The notes under the pieces were generated by a model. It was not told the DNA's origin and searched no databases. It saw only the letters and a list, made by a program, of their open reading frames with translations. The translations under genes were made by a program, and so were the position numbers. A DNA stretch of 32,000 bases from Tannockella kyphosi (GTDB lineage Bacteria > Bacillota_I > Bacilli_A > Erysipelotrichales > Coprobacillaceae): contig NZ_CP088239.1 in assembly GCF_021054785.1 (NCBI RefSeq), positions 1,200,001-1,232,000 of the forward strand, given 5' to 3'. Below, one piece after another: positions 15,342-23,680 of this stretch (the first letter of the stretch is position 1; every line of letters starts with the position of its first letter).

Positions 15342-17342
15342 TTAATCCGTTTTTATCCATTTTGCATAGATAAATAAATCTTCTGTAATTATATCCGTTA
15401 TTTCTACCTCACTACCAGCAGTAAAAGTACTAGTTGTATAATAACCTTCAACAACATATCCAGATATTGTCATATCAGTAAACTTTGCTTTCACCAGTGC
15501 ATCTTCTACACTTGTTCCATAATCTACAGAAGCACCTATTTGTGAATAATTCACACTCGAGTAAACATAAAAATCATAAGAATTAGCAGTCCATTTTGCA
15601 GTTAGTGAAATATCATAGCTAGGCATTGTTGTAAATTTCACTCCTGAAGCATTATACCACCCTTGAAATGTATAACCTGTTAATGTTGGCTCACTTATTG
15701 TTTTTCCATAAGTTGTTAAACTAGTCGTGCTATTCGTTCCATCATTTAAAGTTAGATTATAACTATTAATAGTCCACTTTGCACTAAGGCTTACATCTTT
15801 TGAAGGCATGGTAGCTCCGCTTTCCCATTTTACACCATCACTATCATACCACCCACTAAATGTATAACCTTCTAAGCTAGGTGTCGATAGGAAAACTGTA
15901 TCCCCACTTGCATAAGATGTCGTTGTTGATGATGATCCATTTGTTTGTGTTAATGAATACATGACAACATTATCATCAGTATCATTTTCTTGCCATGAAG
16001 CAGTTAATGATAAGTTATTATTTGGCATCGTATCGTTGTTATTCCATTTAACATTGGAATTATCATACCACCCTAAAAATGTATATCCTGATTTAGTTGG
16101 TGTTTCTAGACTTATTTTTTCTCCATAAGCATAACTTGATTTAACAGAAGAACTACCTGAATAAAGCGTTAAGGTATACTCATTAGTCTGCCAACTAGCA
16201 TATAAAGTAAGATCACTAGCAGGCATCTTTGTGACTTCTTGCCCCGCATCATCAAACCAACCTATAAATGTTGCATAACTAGAAGAAGGACTTGATAAAA
16301 CAAGGGGATCAAGATAGCAATAGGATGCTGTTGTTTGACTATCTCCATCTTTTAGTGTGAGAACATAAACATCCTCTTCAAATAAGCCATACAATGTTAT
16401 ATCCTCATCTGGCATAAGATAAGAAGAATAAACTGTTTCATATGTTTCTTCTAAATACCATCCTTTAAAACTATACCCTACTACTTCAGGTATCTCAATT
16501 TCTATCCTTTCATTTTCTTTAAAAATATATTCCACTGTTTCCCCATCCAATAAAACAACAGTTAATAGATGTTCTTCTAATGTTTCTCGACGTGTTAATT
16601 CAGATTCAATATCTTCTTTTTCAATTGAAATTTGATTCGTTCCACTATCAATATAAGTATCTATTAAACCCAACATATCCACACTCATTGTCGTTAAATC
16701 CAAATCCCACAACTCCGTATTATTCGTTTCTTCTAAAAGATACTTAACATACGTTTCTGTCTTACTTTCTATCTTTACTTCATAACCACTTTCAACTAAT
16801 AAAGTTTGTTCCAATTGACCATCAAGATTAATAAGATCACTAGTCACAGTCCCTTCCAATGTCGTAAGTCTCGTATAATAAAGTGCTCCACTTTGATAAA
16901 CCTCAACAGCAAACGTCGTTCCTCGAACCGCTAGGCTTGCATTCGGTGTAGTAACCTCAAAACTCTCATCCTCTTGTAAATCAGTTATAATTTCATGAAT
17001 CACTGACCCAACTAATACAATAATCTCCGTATTTGAATCATCTTCTCCTTCTATTTGTAAAGAAGAATTTTGAGACACATAAAGATACTTATCATCATCT
17101 ACTAACAAGCGACAATATCCATCTTGGCCTACATAAACCCTATCCCCACTCTCCAATAACATCCCTTCATAACCAGACAAATCTTCAATATCCCCTCTAG
17201 AAACAATCACTTCCCCTTCCATTTCAACTACCTTAATTACTCTTAGTGCTTGTGTATTTTGATTCAAATAACAAAATAAACCAACACTAAAAAGCACCCC
17301 AATAGCTATCCCAATCATTACAACCTTTTTATTTAATCTCAT
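15342..17342 (-). CDS. membrane-anchored FecR-domain protein with six Listeria/Bacteroides-type (Flg_new) repeats
   Basis: Start set at the ATG at 17342 (GGGAGGAG RBS); the ORF-track start at 17357 is a TTG. N-terminal TM. FecR-like segment ...TTPNASLAVRGTTFAVEV. Repeats marked by GYSFKGWY, TFIGWFDD, GYTFLGWYD, GYTFSGWYD, GYTFQGWYN and GYVVEGYY. Confidence 0.75.
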   Translation of the reverse strand: MRLNKKVVMIGIAIGVLFSVGLFCYLNQNTQALRVIKVVEMEGEVIVSRGDIEDLSGYEGMLLESGDRVYVGQDGYCRLLVDDDKYLYVSQNSSLQIEGEDDSNTEIIVLVGSVIHEIITDLQEDESFEVTTPNASLAVRGTTFAVEVYQSGALYYTRLTTLEGTVTSDLINLDGQLEQTLLVESGYEVKIESKTETYVKYLLEETNNTELWDLDLTTMSVDMLGLIDTYIDSGTNQISIEKEDIESELTRRETLEEHLLTVVLLDGETVEYIFKENERIEIEIPEVVGYSFKGWYLEETYETVYSSYLMPDEDITLYGLFEEDVYVLTLKDGDSQTTASYCYLDPLVLSSPSSSYATFIGWFDDAGQEVTKMPASDLTLYASWQTNEYTLTLYSGSSSVKSSYAYGEKISLETPTKSGYTFLGWYDNSNVKWNNNDTMPNNNLSLTASWQENDTDDNVVMYSLTQTNGSSSTTTSYASGDTVFLSTPSLEGYTFSGWYDSDGVKWESGATMPSKDVSLSAKWTINSYNLTLNDGTNSTTSLTTYGKTISEPTLTGYTFQGWYNASGVKFTTMPSYDISLTAKWTANSYDFYVYSSVNYSQIGASVDYGTSVEDALVKAKFTDMTISGYVVEGYYTTSTFTAGSEVEITDIITEDLFIYAKWIKTD

Positions 17343-17400
17343 ATTATCTCCTCCCAAATCAAATATGCCAGCAAATATAAATTCTTATTTTATATACCTA

Positions 17401-17724
17401 TTAAAAGATAACTTGAACTAAAAACATATAAAACAAAGTCCCTAATAAAATACTAATCAGTGTATTCTTTTTCCATAAATGTAAAAAAACAACAAAAGCA
17501 ATTCCTAAAAATTCAGGTAATCCATGCAAAGAATCAAATAATGCATCTTTTAAACAATAAACAATAATTAAACTAATTGATGCATAAGGTAATACAGTTC
17601 CTAAATACTTTACATAGTTTGGTGCTTGCTTATTATCTGGAAAAACTAGAAAAGAAATAAATCGAGTGAACATCGTTCCCAATGCTACAACAATAATAGT
17701 GAATAAACATTGTATCGTTGTCAT
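17401..17724 (-). CDS. azlD: branched-chain amino acid transport protein AzlD
   Basis: 107-aa hydrophobic protein. Its ATG overlaps the azlC stop (TAATG). Classic azlCD pairing. Confidence 0.75.
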   Translation of the reverse strand: MTTIQCLFTIIVVALGTMFTRFISFLVFPDNKQAPNYVKYLGTVLPYASISLIIVYCLKDALFDSLHGLPEFLGIAFVVFLHLWKKNTLISILLGTLFYMFLVQVIF

Positions 17725-18413
17725 TATTTTACCTCCCCTTTTGTTATTAGTTTTGTAATACCAAAACTAATAACAATCAAAAACATAGCCGGTAACATAA
17801 AGCTATCTCCGCCAAACAAAAACAAACTTCCTAAAGCACACAACAGTCCTACACATGCCGGAAAATGTTCTTTTGTTTCTTTCCATTGTTCTACAAACAT
17901 CACTACAAATAACGCTGTTAAAACAAATTCAATACCAGTTGTATCAAATGATACAACTGTACCTAGTATTCCTCCTAAAGTAGCACCTAAAACCCAATAA
18001 AAATGATTGAACAATGTTACAAAAAACATAAACCACCCTTTATCAATATCTTCAGGAATTTGTACCGTGCAATTAATTGAAAAAGATTCATCACACATAC
18101 CAAATATCAAATAAAACTTTTTCCATCCAGTTCCTTTATACTTATCCAACATTGATATTCCATAAAAAATATGTCTTGCATTCACCATAACTGCAAGTAA
18201 AAAAGCCTGCAAAGGATTAAAAGCCATTAATAATAGATTCGCAGTTACAAACTCCATTGCTCCTGCAAAAATCAAAAAACTAGTAATCATCGGATAAATA
18301 AAAGAAAAACCCAAACTACTCATCAAAAAACCATAAGATAACCCTATAAATAAAAATCCTATACAAATTGGTAATGTATATGGCAATGCTGCTTTCAATG
18401 CTTTTGTTTTCAC
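17724..18413 (-). CDS. azlC: AzlC family branched-chain amino acid permease subunit
   Basis: 229-aa polytopic protein. GTG start with a GGGAGA RBS 6 nt upstream. Followed by azlD. Confidence 0.75.
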   Translation of the reverse strand: MKTKALKAALPYTLPICIGFLFIGLSYGFLMSSLGFSFIYPMITSFLIFAGAMEFVTANLLLMAFNPLQAFLLAVMVNARHIFYGISMLDKYKGTGWKKFYLIFGMCDESFSINCTVQIPEDIDKGWFMFFVTLFNHFYWVLGATLGGILGTVVSFDTTGIEFVLTALFVVMFVEQWKETKEHFPACVGLLCALGSLFLFGGDSFMLPAMFLIVISFGITKLITKGEVK

Positions 18414-18429
18414 TAGAATTCTCCCATTC

Positions 18430-20202
18430 TTACTTCTTTAAATTACTAATTTGTTCTTGAATTTCTAATAATTCCATCCATCGTTCACTTAACTTCTCTA
18501 TTGTTTCTTCTAATAAAGTTCTTTTAGATGATAATTCATCTAATTTACTAAAATTATTCGTTGTTTCTTGCATTTGTTGATCTATTTGTTCTAATTCTAA
18601 TTCTTTGGTTGCAATTAATTGTTCCATACCCTCTAATTCTTGTTTTTCTTTCATTGAAAGCTTTGGTATATTTTGACGTTGCAATTGTTTTTCAATAGCA
18701 TAACGTTTTGCTCCATCCCCTTTTTTACTTTCAGGTTTTTGATCTAACTCTAAATACTGACTATAACCCCCATTTACAACTGTAATTTGTTTATCTTTAA
18801 AAACAAAAACACGCTCACAAATACGATCTAAAAAATAACGATCATGACAAACTACAATAACAATACCAGGAAAGGTATCTAAATAGTCTTCTAAAATAGT
18901 TAAAGTCAAAATATCTAAATCATTTGTTGGTTCATCAAATAACAATACATTTGGTACTTGGATTAAAACCTTTAATAAATTAAGTCTTCTTTTTTGTCCT
19001 CCAGATAACCTACTAATCTTAGTTTGTTGCAAAGAAGAATCAAATAAAAATCTTTCACACATCGTTCTTGCATTTAATCTACCATCATTTGTTTCTAAAT
19101 CATCACTCGTATCTTTAATGTAGTCAATCACTTTCATATCTTCTATTAAATCATCATTTTGTTGTTTAAAATAACCTAATTTTACAGTTTCTCCTAATAC
19201 TATTTGACCATTCGTTGGTTCTAAAGCACCAGCTATTAATTTAATTAATGTAGATTTACCACTACCATTAATACCTAATATTCCAATTCGATCTTGTCTA
19301 GTACATGTATAAGAAAAGTTTGAAAATAATTCCTTTGTACCAAATGCCATGGATACATTATCAAAAATAATTGTTTTTTTACCTAATCTTTGATGAACAT
19401 CCATCATTTCTACTGATTTATTTTCTTCTATTCTTTCGATACTACTTAGTTGTTCAAAACGTTCTAAACGATCTTTACTTTTTGTTGATCTAGCTTGTAC
19501 TCCAGCACGTACCCACTCAATTTCTTTTTTTAAGAATAAATCTCTTTTTCTTTGTGTACTAAATAATTCCATTTCTCTTTTTTCTTTTTGTTCTAAATAT
19601 TGGGTATAATTACCTGGATACTCGATTAATTCTTTTCTACTAATTTCATATATTTTCGTTATAATTCGATTTAAGAAATAACGATCATGACTTACCATTA
19701 ATATTGCTTTATTATATTTGATTAAATATCTTTCTAAATATTCTATCATCATACTATCTAAATGATTGGTTGGTTCATCTAAGATTAATAAGTCACATGG
19801 TGTTAATAGCGTGATAGCTAACGCTACTCTTTTTTGTTGCCCTCCTGATAATTGTCCAATCAACTGATCATAATCATCAATTCCTAATCTATTTAACATT
19901 GCTTTTACTTCATAGTCTGGTAATTTCTTTTCATCGATATCTTGATATACTTGTTGCATCACTGTTTTGCTTTCATCAAAATCAGGATGTTGAGGAAGAT
20001 AACTAATTGTTGTATTTCCATTTTTAATAATAGTCCCAGTAACTGGTTCTAATCCAGCTATCACCTTTAAAAAAGTGGACTTTCCAGTTCCATTAACACC
20101 TAGCAGAGCTATTTTATCTTGTTCTTCAATCGTAAAAGAAGCTTGATTGAATAATTGTTTATCGCCTAATTCTTTGGTAATGCTTGCACTTGATAATAAC
20201 AT
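18430..20202 (-). CDS. ABC-F family ATPase (two ABC domains, no TM, C-terminal coiled coil)
   Basis: Walker A GVNGTGKST and GINGSGKST. Signatures LSGGQQKR and LSGGQKRR. Walker B LLILDEPTN and VLLFDEPTN. C-terminal E/K/Q/L-rich tail. Confidence 0.85.
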   Translation of the reverse strand: MLLSSASITKELGDKQLFNQASFTIEEQDKIALLGVNGTGKSTFLKVIAGLEPVTGTIIKNGNTTISYLPQHPDFDESKTVMQQVYQDIDEKKLPDYEVKAMLNRLGIDDYDQLIGQLSGGQQKRVALAITLLTPCDLLILDEPTNHLDSMMIEYLERYLIKYNKAILMVSHDRYFLNRIITKIYEISRKELIEYPGNYTQYLEQKEKREMELFSTQRKRDLFLKKEIEWVRAGVQARSTKSKDRLERFEQLSSIERIEENKSVEMMDVHQRLGKKTIIFDNVSMAFGTKELFSNFSYTCTRQDRIGILGINGSGKSTLIKLIAGALEPTNGQIVLGETVKLGYFKQQNDDLIEDMKVIDYIKDTSDDLETNDGRLNARTMCERFLFDSSLQQTKISRLSGGQKRRLNLLKVLIQVPNVLLFDEPTNDLDILTLTILEDYLDTFPGIVIVVCHDRYFLDRICERVFVFKDKQITVVNGGYSQYLELDQKPESKKGDGAKRYAIEKQLQRQNIPKLSMKEKQELEGMEQLIATKELELEQIDQQMQETTNNFSKLDELSSKRTLLEETIEKLSERWMELLEIQEQISNLKK

Positions 20203-20254
20203 AATAATCTCCTTCCATGGGATTCGTTTATATTATATAAGTAAATTTAAAAAA

Positions 20255-20285
20255 AATCTATACAAAAACCACTCATTGAGTGGTT
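20255..20285 (-). terminator. candidate terminator at the end of the ATP-grasp operon
   Basis: On the minus strand, AACCACTC-AAT-GAGTGGTT followed by TTTGTAT..TTTTTTTT. Overlaps the stop codon at 20284-20286. Confidence 0.45.
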
Positions 20286-21219
20286 ATAAGTCTGGTGCTA
20301 TTTTAAATACTGCAGTATTCGCATACATTTTACTTTCATTTCTAGCAAATAAGATAGTCCCTTCATCAGATGATACTACTCTCCCTATTACATGTCCTTC
20401 AAAAGCATCAATTACTTCTGCAAGTACTTGGTTTTTATAAACTCTATCCCCAACTTTTACAAAGCTATGATAAAAGCCAGCTTTTTTAGAACGAATGGTA
20501 ACAATATCTTGACTACTAATTTGTTTTGAAATATATCCCTCATGTCCTTTGTAACTAATAATTCCTTGTTTTGATAAAAAACTAAGAATTGCATCAATTG
20601 CTTTCATCGCACTTTTATGATCTACTTCATCCGTTGTAGTGGTATAGATTGAAAAACTTAATGTATCCCATACTTGCCAATTATAATTTAAAGTCGCTGT
20701 ATCATAAGGACGAGGTTGATGAGCAATAACATACGGCATTCCAAAATCAGCTGCTAAATTTAATAACTCTTGATTGGGTTTATCGGCTATATTCATAACT
20801 CGAACATGTGGTAAAAAGTTACCTGGCATATAAAAAGAAGCAAGTTGCATACCATATTGATAATCTTTAATATTATCAAATAGCCCTGCTGCAATACGTT
20901 GGGTTGTTTCACCTTGATCATATCCTGGAAACATGCGATTGATATCCGTATTATCAATTCCCCAAAAACGTTTCTTTGTATTCAAAGAATACGTGTTTAC
21001 ACTAGGAACTACTAAAATCCCTTTTTTAATTAAACCTTGTTTTTCTAAACTTTTTAAACGCTCTATCAATTTTGCACAAACATATAACTGTTGATTTTCA
21101 TTCCCTCTAGTACTCCCAACAATACAAGCTGATTTTTCATTGGTACCAAATTGATAACCCACAATACGAAAATCATCTCGATAAAGACCTGTCATTTCAA
21201 ATAAAATTTTCTTTTCCAT
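20284..21219 (-). CDS. AstE/AspA (succinylglutamate desuccinylase/aspartoacylase, M14-like) family paralog with degenerate metal site
   Basis: 311 aa. Aligns by eye to the upstream paralog (NRMFPG vs NRIFPG). It has RGNE instead of HGDE (Arg codon at 21106-21108) and Ala where the third ligand His is expected. Confidence 0.7.
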   Translation of the reverse strand: MEKKILFEMTGLYRDDFRIVGYQFGTNEKSACIVGSTRGNENQQLYVCAKLIERLKSLEKQGLIKKGILVVPSVNTYSLNTKKRFWGIDNTDINRMFPGYDQGETTQRIAAGLFDNIKDYQYGMQLASFYMPGNFLPHVRVMNIADKPNQELLNLAADFGMPYVIAHQPRPYDTATLNYNWQVWDTLSFSIYTTTTDEVDHKSAMKAIDAILSFLSKQGIISYKGHEGYISKQISSQDIVTIRSKKAGFYHSFVKVGDRVYKNQVLAEVIDAFEGHVIGRVVSSDEGTILFARNESKMYANTAVFKIAPDL

Positions 21220-22181
21220 TATCGTACCTCTTGATACACTGCTTCTTTTAAAATACGTCCCATTAAAGAGCCTTCACTAACTACAGGATATTCACGAGTC
21301 GTAAACAACCATCCATTTCCAGGAGCTTGAATTATCGCTAATACTTGACCACTTAATGGATTTACAATATTACCAATCACTTCGTCTTTCCAAACATAAC
21401 TACCATGTTCTTTTTCTTTTATAAAAATACCAGAAACTGGAGCATTAAGAAACAAAACATCATCATTTCCATCAGAAATAATAGGTTTACGAATATTTCT
21501 TATTTTTTTATCATCATAAATACTTAATAAGTTCATTAAATTAAAAATCCCATCTAACAATTGATCACCATACCTTTTAGTAATACGCATACCAACACCC
21601 ATTTCAACTACAATAGTTGGTGTATTTAAAACATTTAAACTATGTGCAAAAGTCGATTCTAATACTGTACTAGCTCCATGTACCCATATAAAATCAACAT
21701 TCGCATTATTTGCATAACCCAATAACATATCTTTATGCAATTGATTAATTCTTATTTGTGGAACTTCCGTTAAAAAGATATTACTAGCATGAATATCAAT
21801 ACATAAATCAGATCCTTGTACATCTTCTATTATTTTAGCAGCAATATATTCATTCATATCACCATCGATACGTCCTGGAAAAATACGATTCATGTCTAAA
21901 TCAAAAGCTGGTATTCCTCGACTAATAGAATCAATTCCAAATGGATTTAATGCCGGATAAATATCCACAATACCCTGTAATTGATCTATATTTTCTTGAA
22001 TAATGGAAGATAATTGATAGCACACATATTGTCCTTCTAATTCATCTCCATGAATTCCTGTAACAATACTAATCCTTTTTAAACCTTCTATATTTGTTAC
22101 ACCTTTTGGTATTAAACGCATCTTTTTAACCGATAGATTTTCATCTACTGGTAACTCTACTTGTGTTACTATGATCTCCAT
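21219..22181 (-). CDS. AstE/AspA (M14-like) family zinc deacylase/carboxypeptidase
   Basis: 320 aa. GIHGDELEG places H44 at 22050-22052 and E47 at 22041-22043. Also NRIFPG and IDIHAS (H131). The stop overlaps the next ATG (TAATG). Confidence 0.75.
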   Translation of the reverse strand: MEIIVTQVELPVDENLSVKKMRLIPKGVTNIEGLKRISIVTGIHGDELEGQYVCYQLSSIIQENIDQLQGIVDIYPALNPFGIDSISRGIPAFDLDMNRIFPGRIDGDMNEYIAAKIIEDVQGSDLCIDIHASNIFLTEVPQIRINQLHKDMLLGYANNANVDFIWVHGASTVLESTFAHSLNVLNTPTIVVEMGVGMRITKRYGDQLLDGIFNLMNLLSIYDDKKIRNIRKPIISDGNDDVLFLNAPVSGIFIKEKEHGSYVWKDEVIGNIVNPLSGQVLAIIQAPGNGWLFTTREYPVVSEGSLMGRILKEAVYQEVR

Positions 22182-22192
22182 ACATACTCCCC

Positions 22193-23005
22193 TTATTTAT
22201 AAGCCTCATAAACAATAACTGAAATTGTTTGATGTTGAGTTCCTCCGCCTAAAAAAGCTCCTTGATTAATAATACAATCTAAATAATCTCGACCATTTGA
22301 TATTTTTATATGATCTTCATGAACTAATATATTGTTAGTAGGATCAATACCTATCCAATAACCAACATCCTGACAATTTTCATCTACTTCAAATATTTCT
22401 ACCCAGGCATGACTATAACCCTCTCCCACTAACAAACCAACTACATACCTTGCTGGTATTCCTGCCATTTTACAAAGCGCAATAAAAATATGAGCATAAT
22501 CTTGACATACACCACATCCTAAAGACATAGCTTGCTCCGCTGTTGTCGTGATATTGGTAACATCTTTTTTATATTCGTAACTTTTTTGTAATTGTTCCAT
22601 TATGATCATTGCTTTTTGAAAATTAGTAGATCTCTTTCCAAATTGCAATGATGCAAAGAAAGTTTGTAAAGCATGTCCTGGCTTTGTGATATTTGTAGGG
22701 TATTTATAAAACCCAACTTTATAAACATCTTCATAAATACGTGCTTCATTTCTACCTGTGTATGCTGTTCCTATTACATCAAAATAGAATTTTTGATGTG
22801 CCTCTGGTGCATGCCCCATAATACAAGCATTATGAAAAGAATCATTACTTTCACTAAGGTATTGATTAGGATAAACATCTACTTTTAAGTTTTCAATTTT
22901 TTGATTTGTATCACTTAATGGTATACATTTTAATGTAAAATGATGATTTTGGACATCATCATCAAACATTATGTCCATGTGATAATGAAAGTATAACTGC
23001 TTCAT
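22193..23005 (-). CDS. transglutaminase-like cysteine protease family protein (with an N-terminal Bact_transglu_N-like segment)
   Basis: 270 aa. Catalytic triad candidates: C167 in GVCQDYAH (22505-22507), H199 in YSHAWVE, D221 in GIDPTN. Confidence 0.8.
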   Translation of the reverse strand: MKQLYFHYHMDIMFDDDVQNHHFTLKCIPLSDTNQKIENLKVDVYPNQYLSESNDSFHNACIMGHAPEAHQKFYFDVIGTAYTGRNEARIYEDVYKVGFYKYPTNITKPGHALQTFFASLQFGKRSTNFQKAMIIMEQLQKSYEYKKDVTNITTTAEQAMSLGCGVCQDYAHIFIALCKMAGIPARYVVGLLVGEGYSHAWVEIFEVDENCQDVGYWIGIDPTNNILVHEDHIKISNGRDYLDCIINQGAFLGGGTQHQTISVIVYEAYK

Positions 23006-23017
23006 AATAATGCCCTT

Positions 23018-23680
23018 CTAAATTAGATTTTCTACTACCTTTATTAATTGAACATAATCAATTGGATTTGACTTAGTTAATTCAATAATTTGGTCAATAT
23101 CTTCTTGATGATAAGCTAATTTTGTTTGTTCTATACGTCTTTGTAAACGATATGCTTCTATTTTTATTTCTTCTTGACTAGCATGTAGACGAGTATATAA
23201 ACTTAATTTTTCAATACGTTTCCCTGTTTTCATTAGATTTCTAGCATTACGATTAACCATTATTTCATTAACCATTCCCCAAAATGCCATTAAATCATCC
23301 ATCACTTTTTGTAATTCAATCAATGGTGCTAAAGAAAGTAATGCTTTATCCATATCATAAATAGCAAGTTGAATATAAGATAATGTATCGCTCCCTATTT
23401 CTTCTCTTAATACAATCGCATTATCATATGCTCTAGTTAAATTACTAGCAATAGAATTAGTATCGGTTTGATCAAAACAATAACGTTTACAAAAATCTTC
23501 TGTAGAAGTATAAATATTTGGAATATCTAAATTCATACAAAACTCTTTATAATGATTAAAATCAGTATCAATCATTATATCATAACTATCTGAAAATAAC
23601 TTTAATGTTTCATACACACGTTGTGTGTATCTTCCTAACCAAATTAATTGGTCTGAATGTTCTAACGAGATAATACCCAT
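23018..23680 (-). CDS. alpha-E domain protein (short form)
   Basis: 220 aa. The N-terminal LEHSDQLIWLGRYTQRVYETLKLF matches the alpha-E signature I recall (..WMGRY.ERAE.). Overlaps the ATP-grasp gene by 19 nt. Confidence 0.7.
   Translation of the reverse strand: MGIISLEHSDQLIWLGRYTQRVYETLKLFSDSYDIMIDTDFNHYKEFCMNLDIPNIYTSTEDFCKRYCFDQTDTNSIASNLTRAYDNAIVLREEIGSDTLSYIQLAIYDMDKALLSLAPLIELQKVMDDLMAFWGMVNEIMVNRNARNLMKTGKRIEKLSLYTRLHASQEEIKIEAYRLQRRIEQTKLAYHQEDIDQIIELTKSNPIDYVQLIKVVENLI

Noticed and set aside
4720-17357. Longer N-terminal extensions offered by the ORF track at 4785 (minor pilin), 9159 (GTG, pilD), 13725 (lipoprotein) and 17357 (TTG, FecR protein).
   Set aside because: In each case a downstream ATG has a properly spaced Shine-Dalgarno sequence and yields the expected signal or pilin N-terminus. 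The extension overlaps the upstream gene or has no RBS spacing.
18430-20202. Calling the ABC-F protein an antibiotic-resistance (ARE) ribosomal protection factor.
   Set aside because: No extended inter-domain linker is obvious, and there is no upstream leader peptide or attenuator. Subfamily assignment needs a phylogeny I cannot run.
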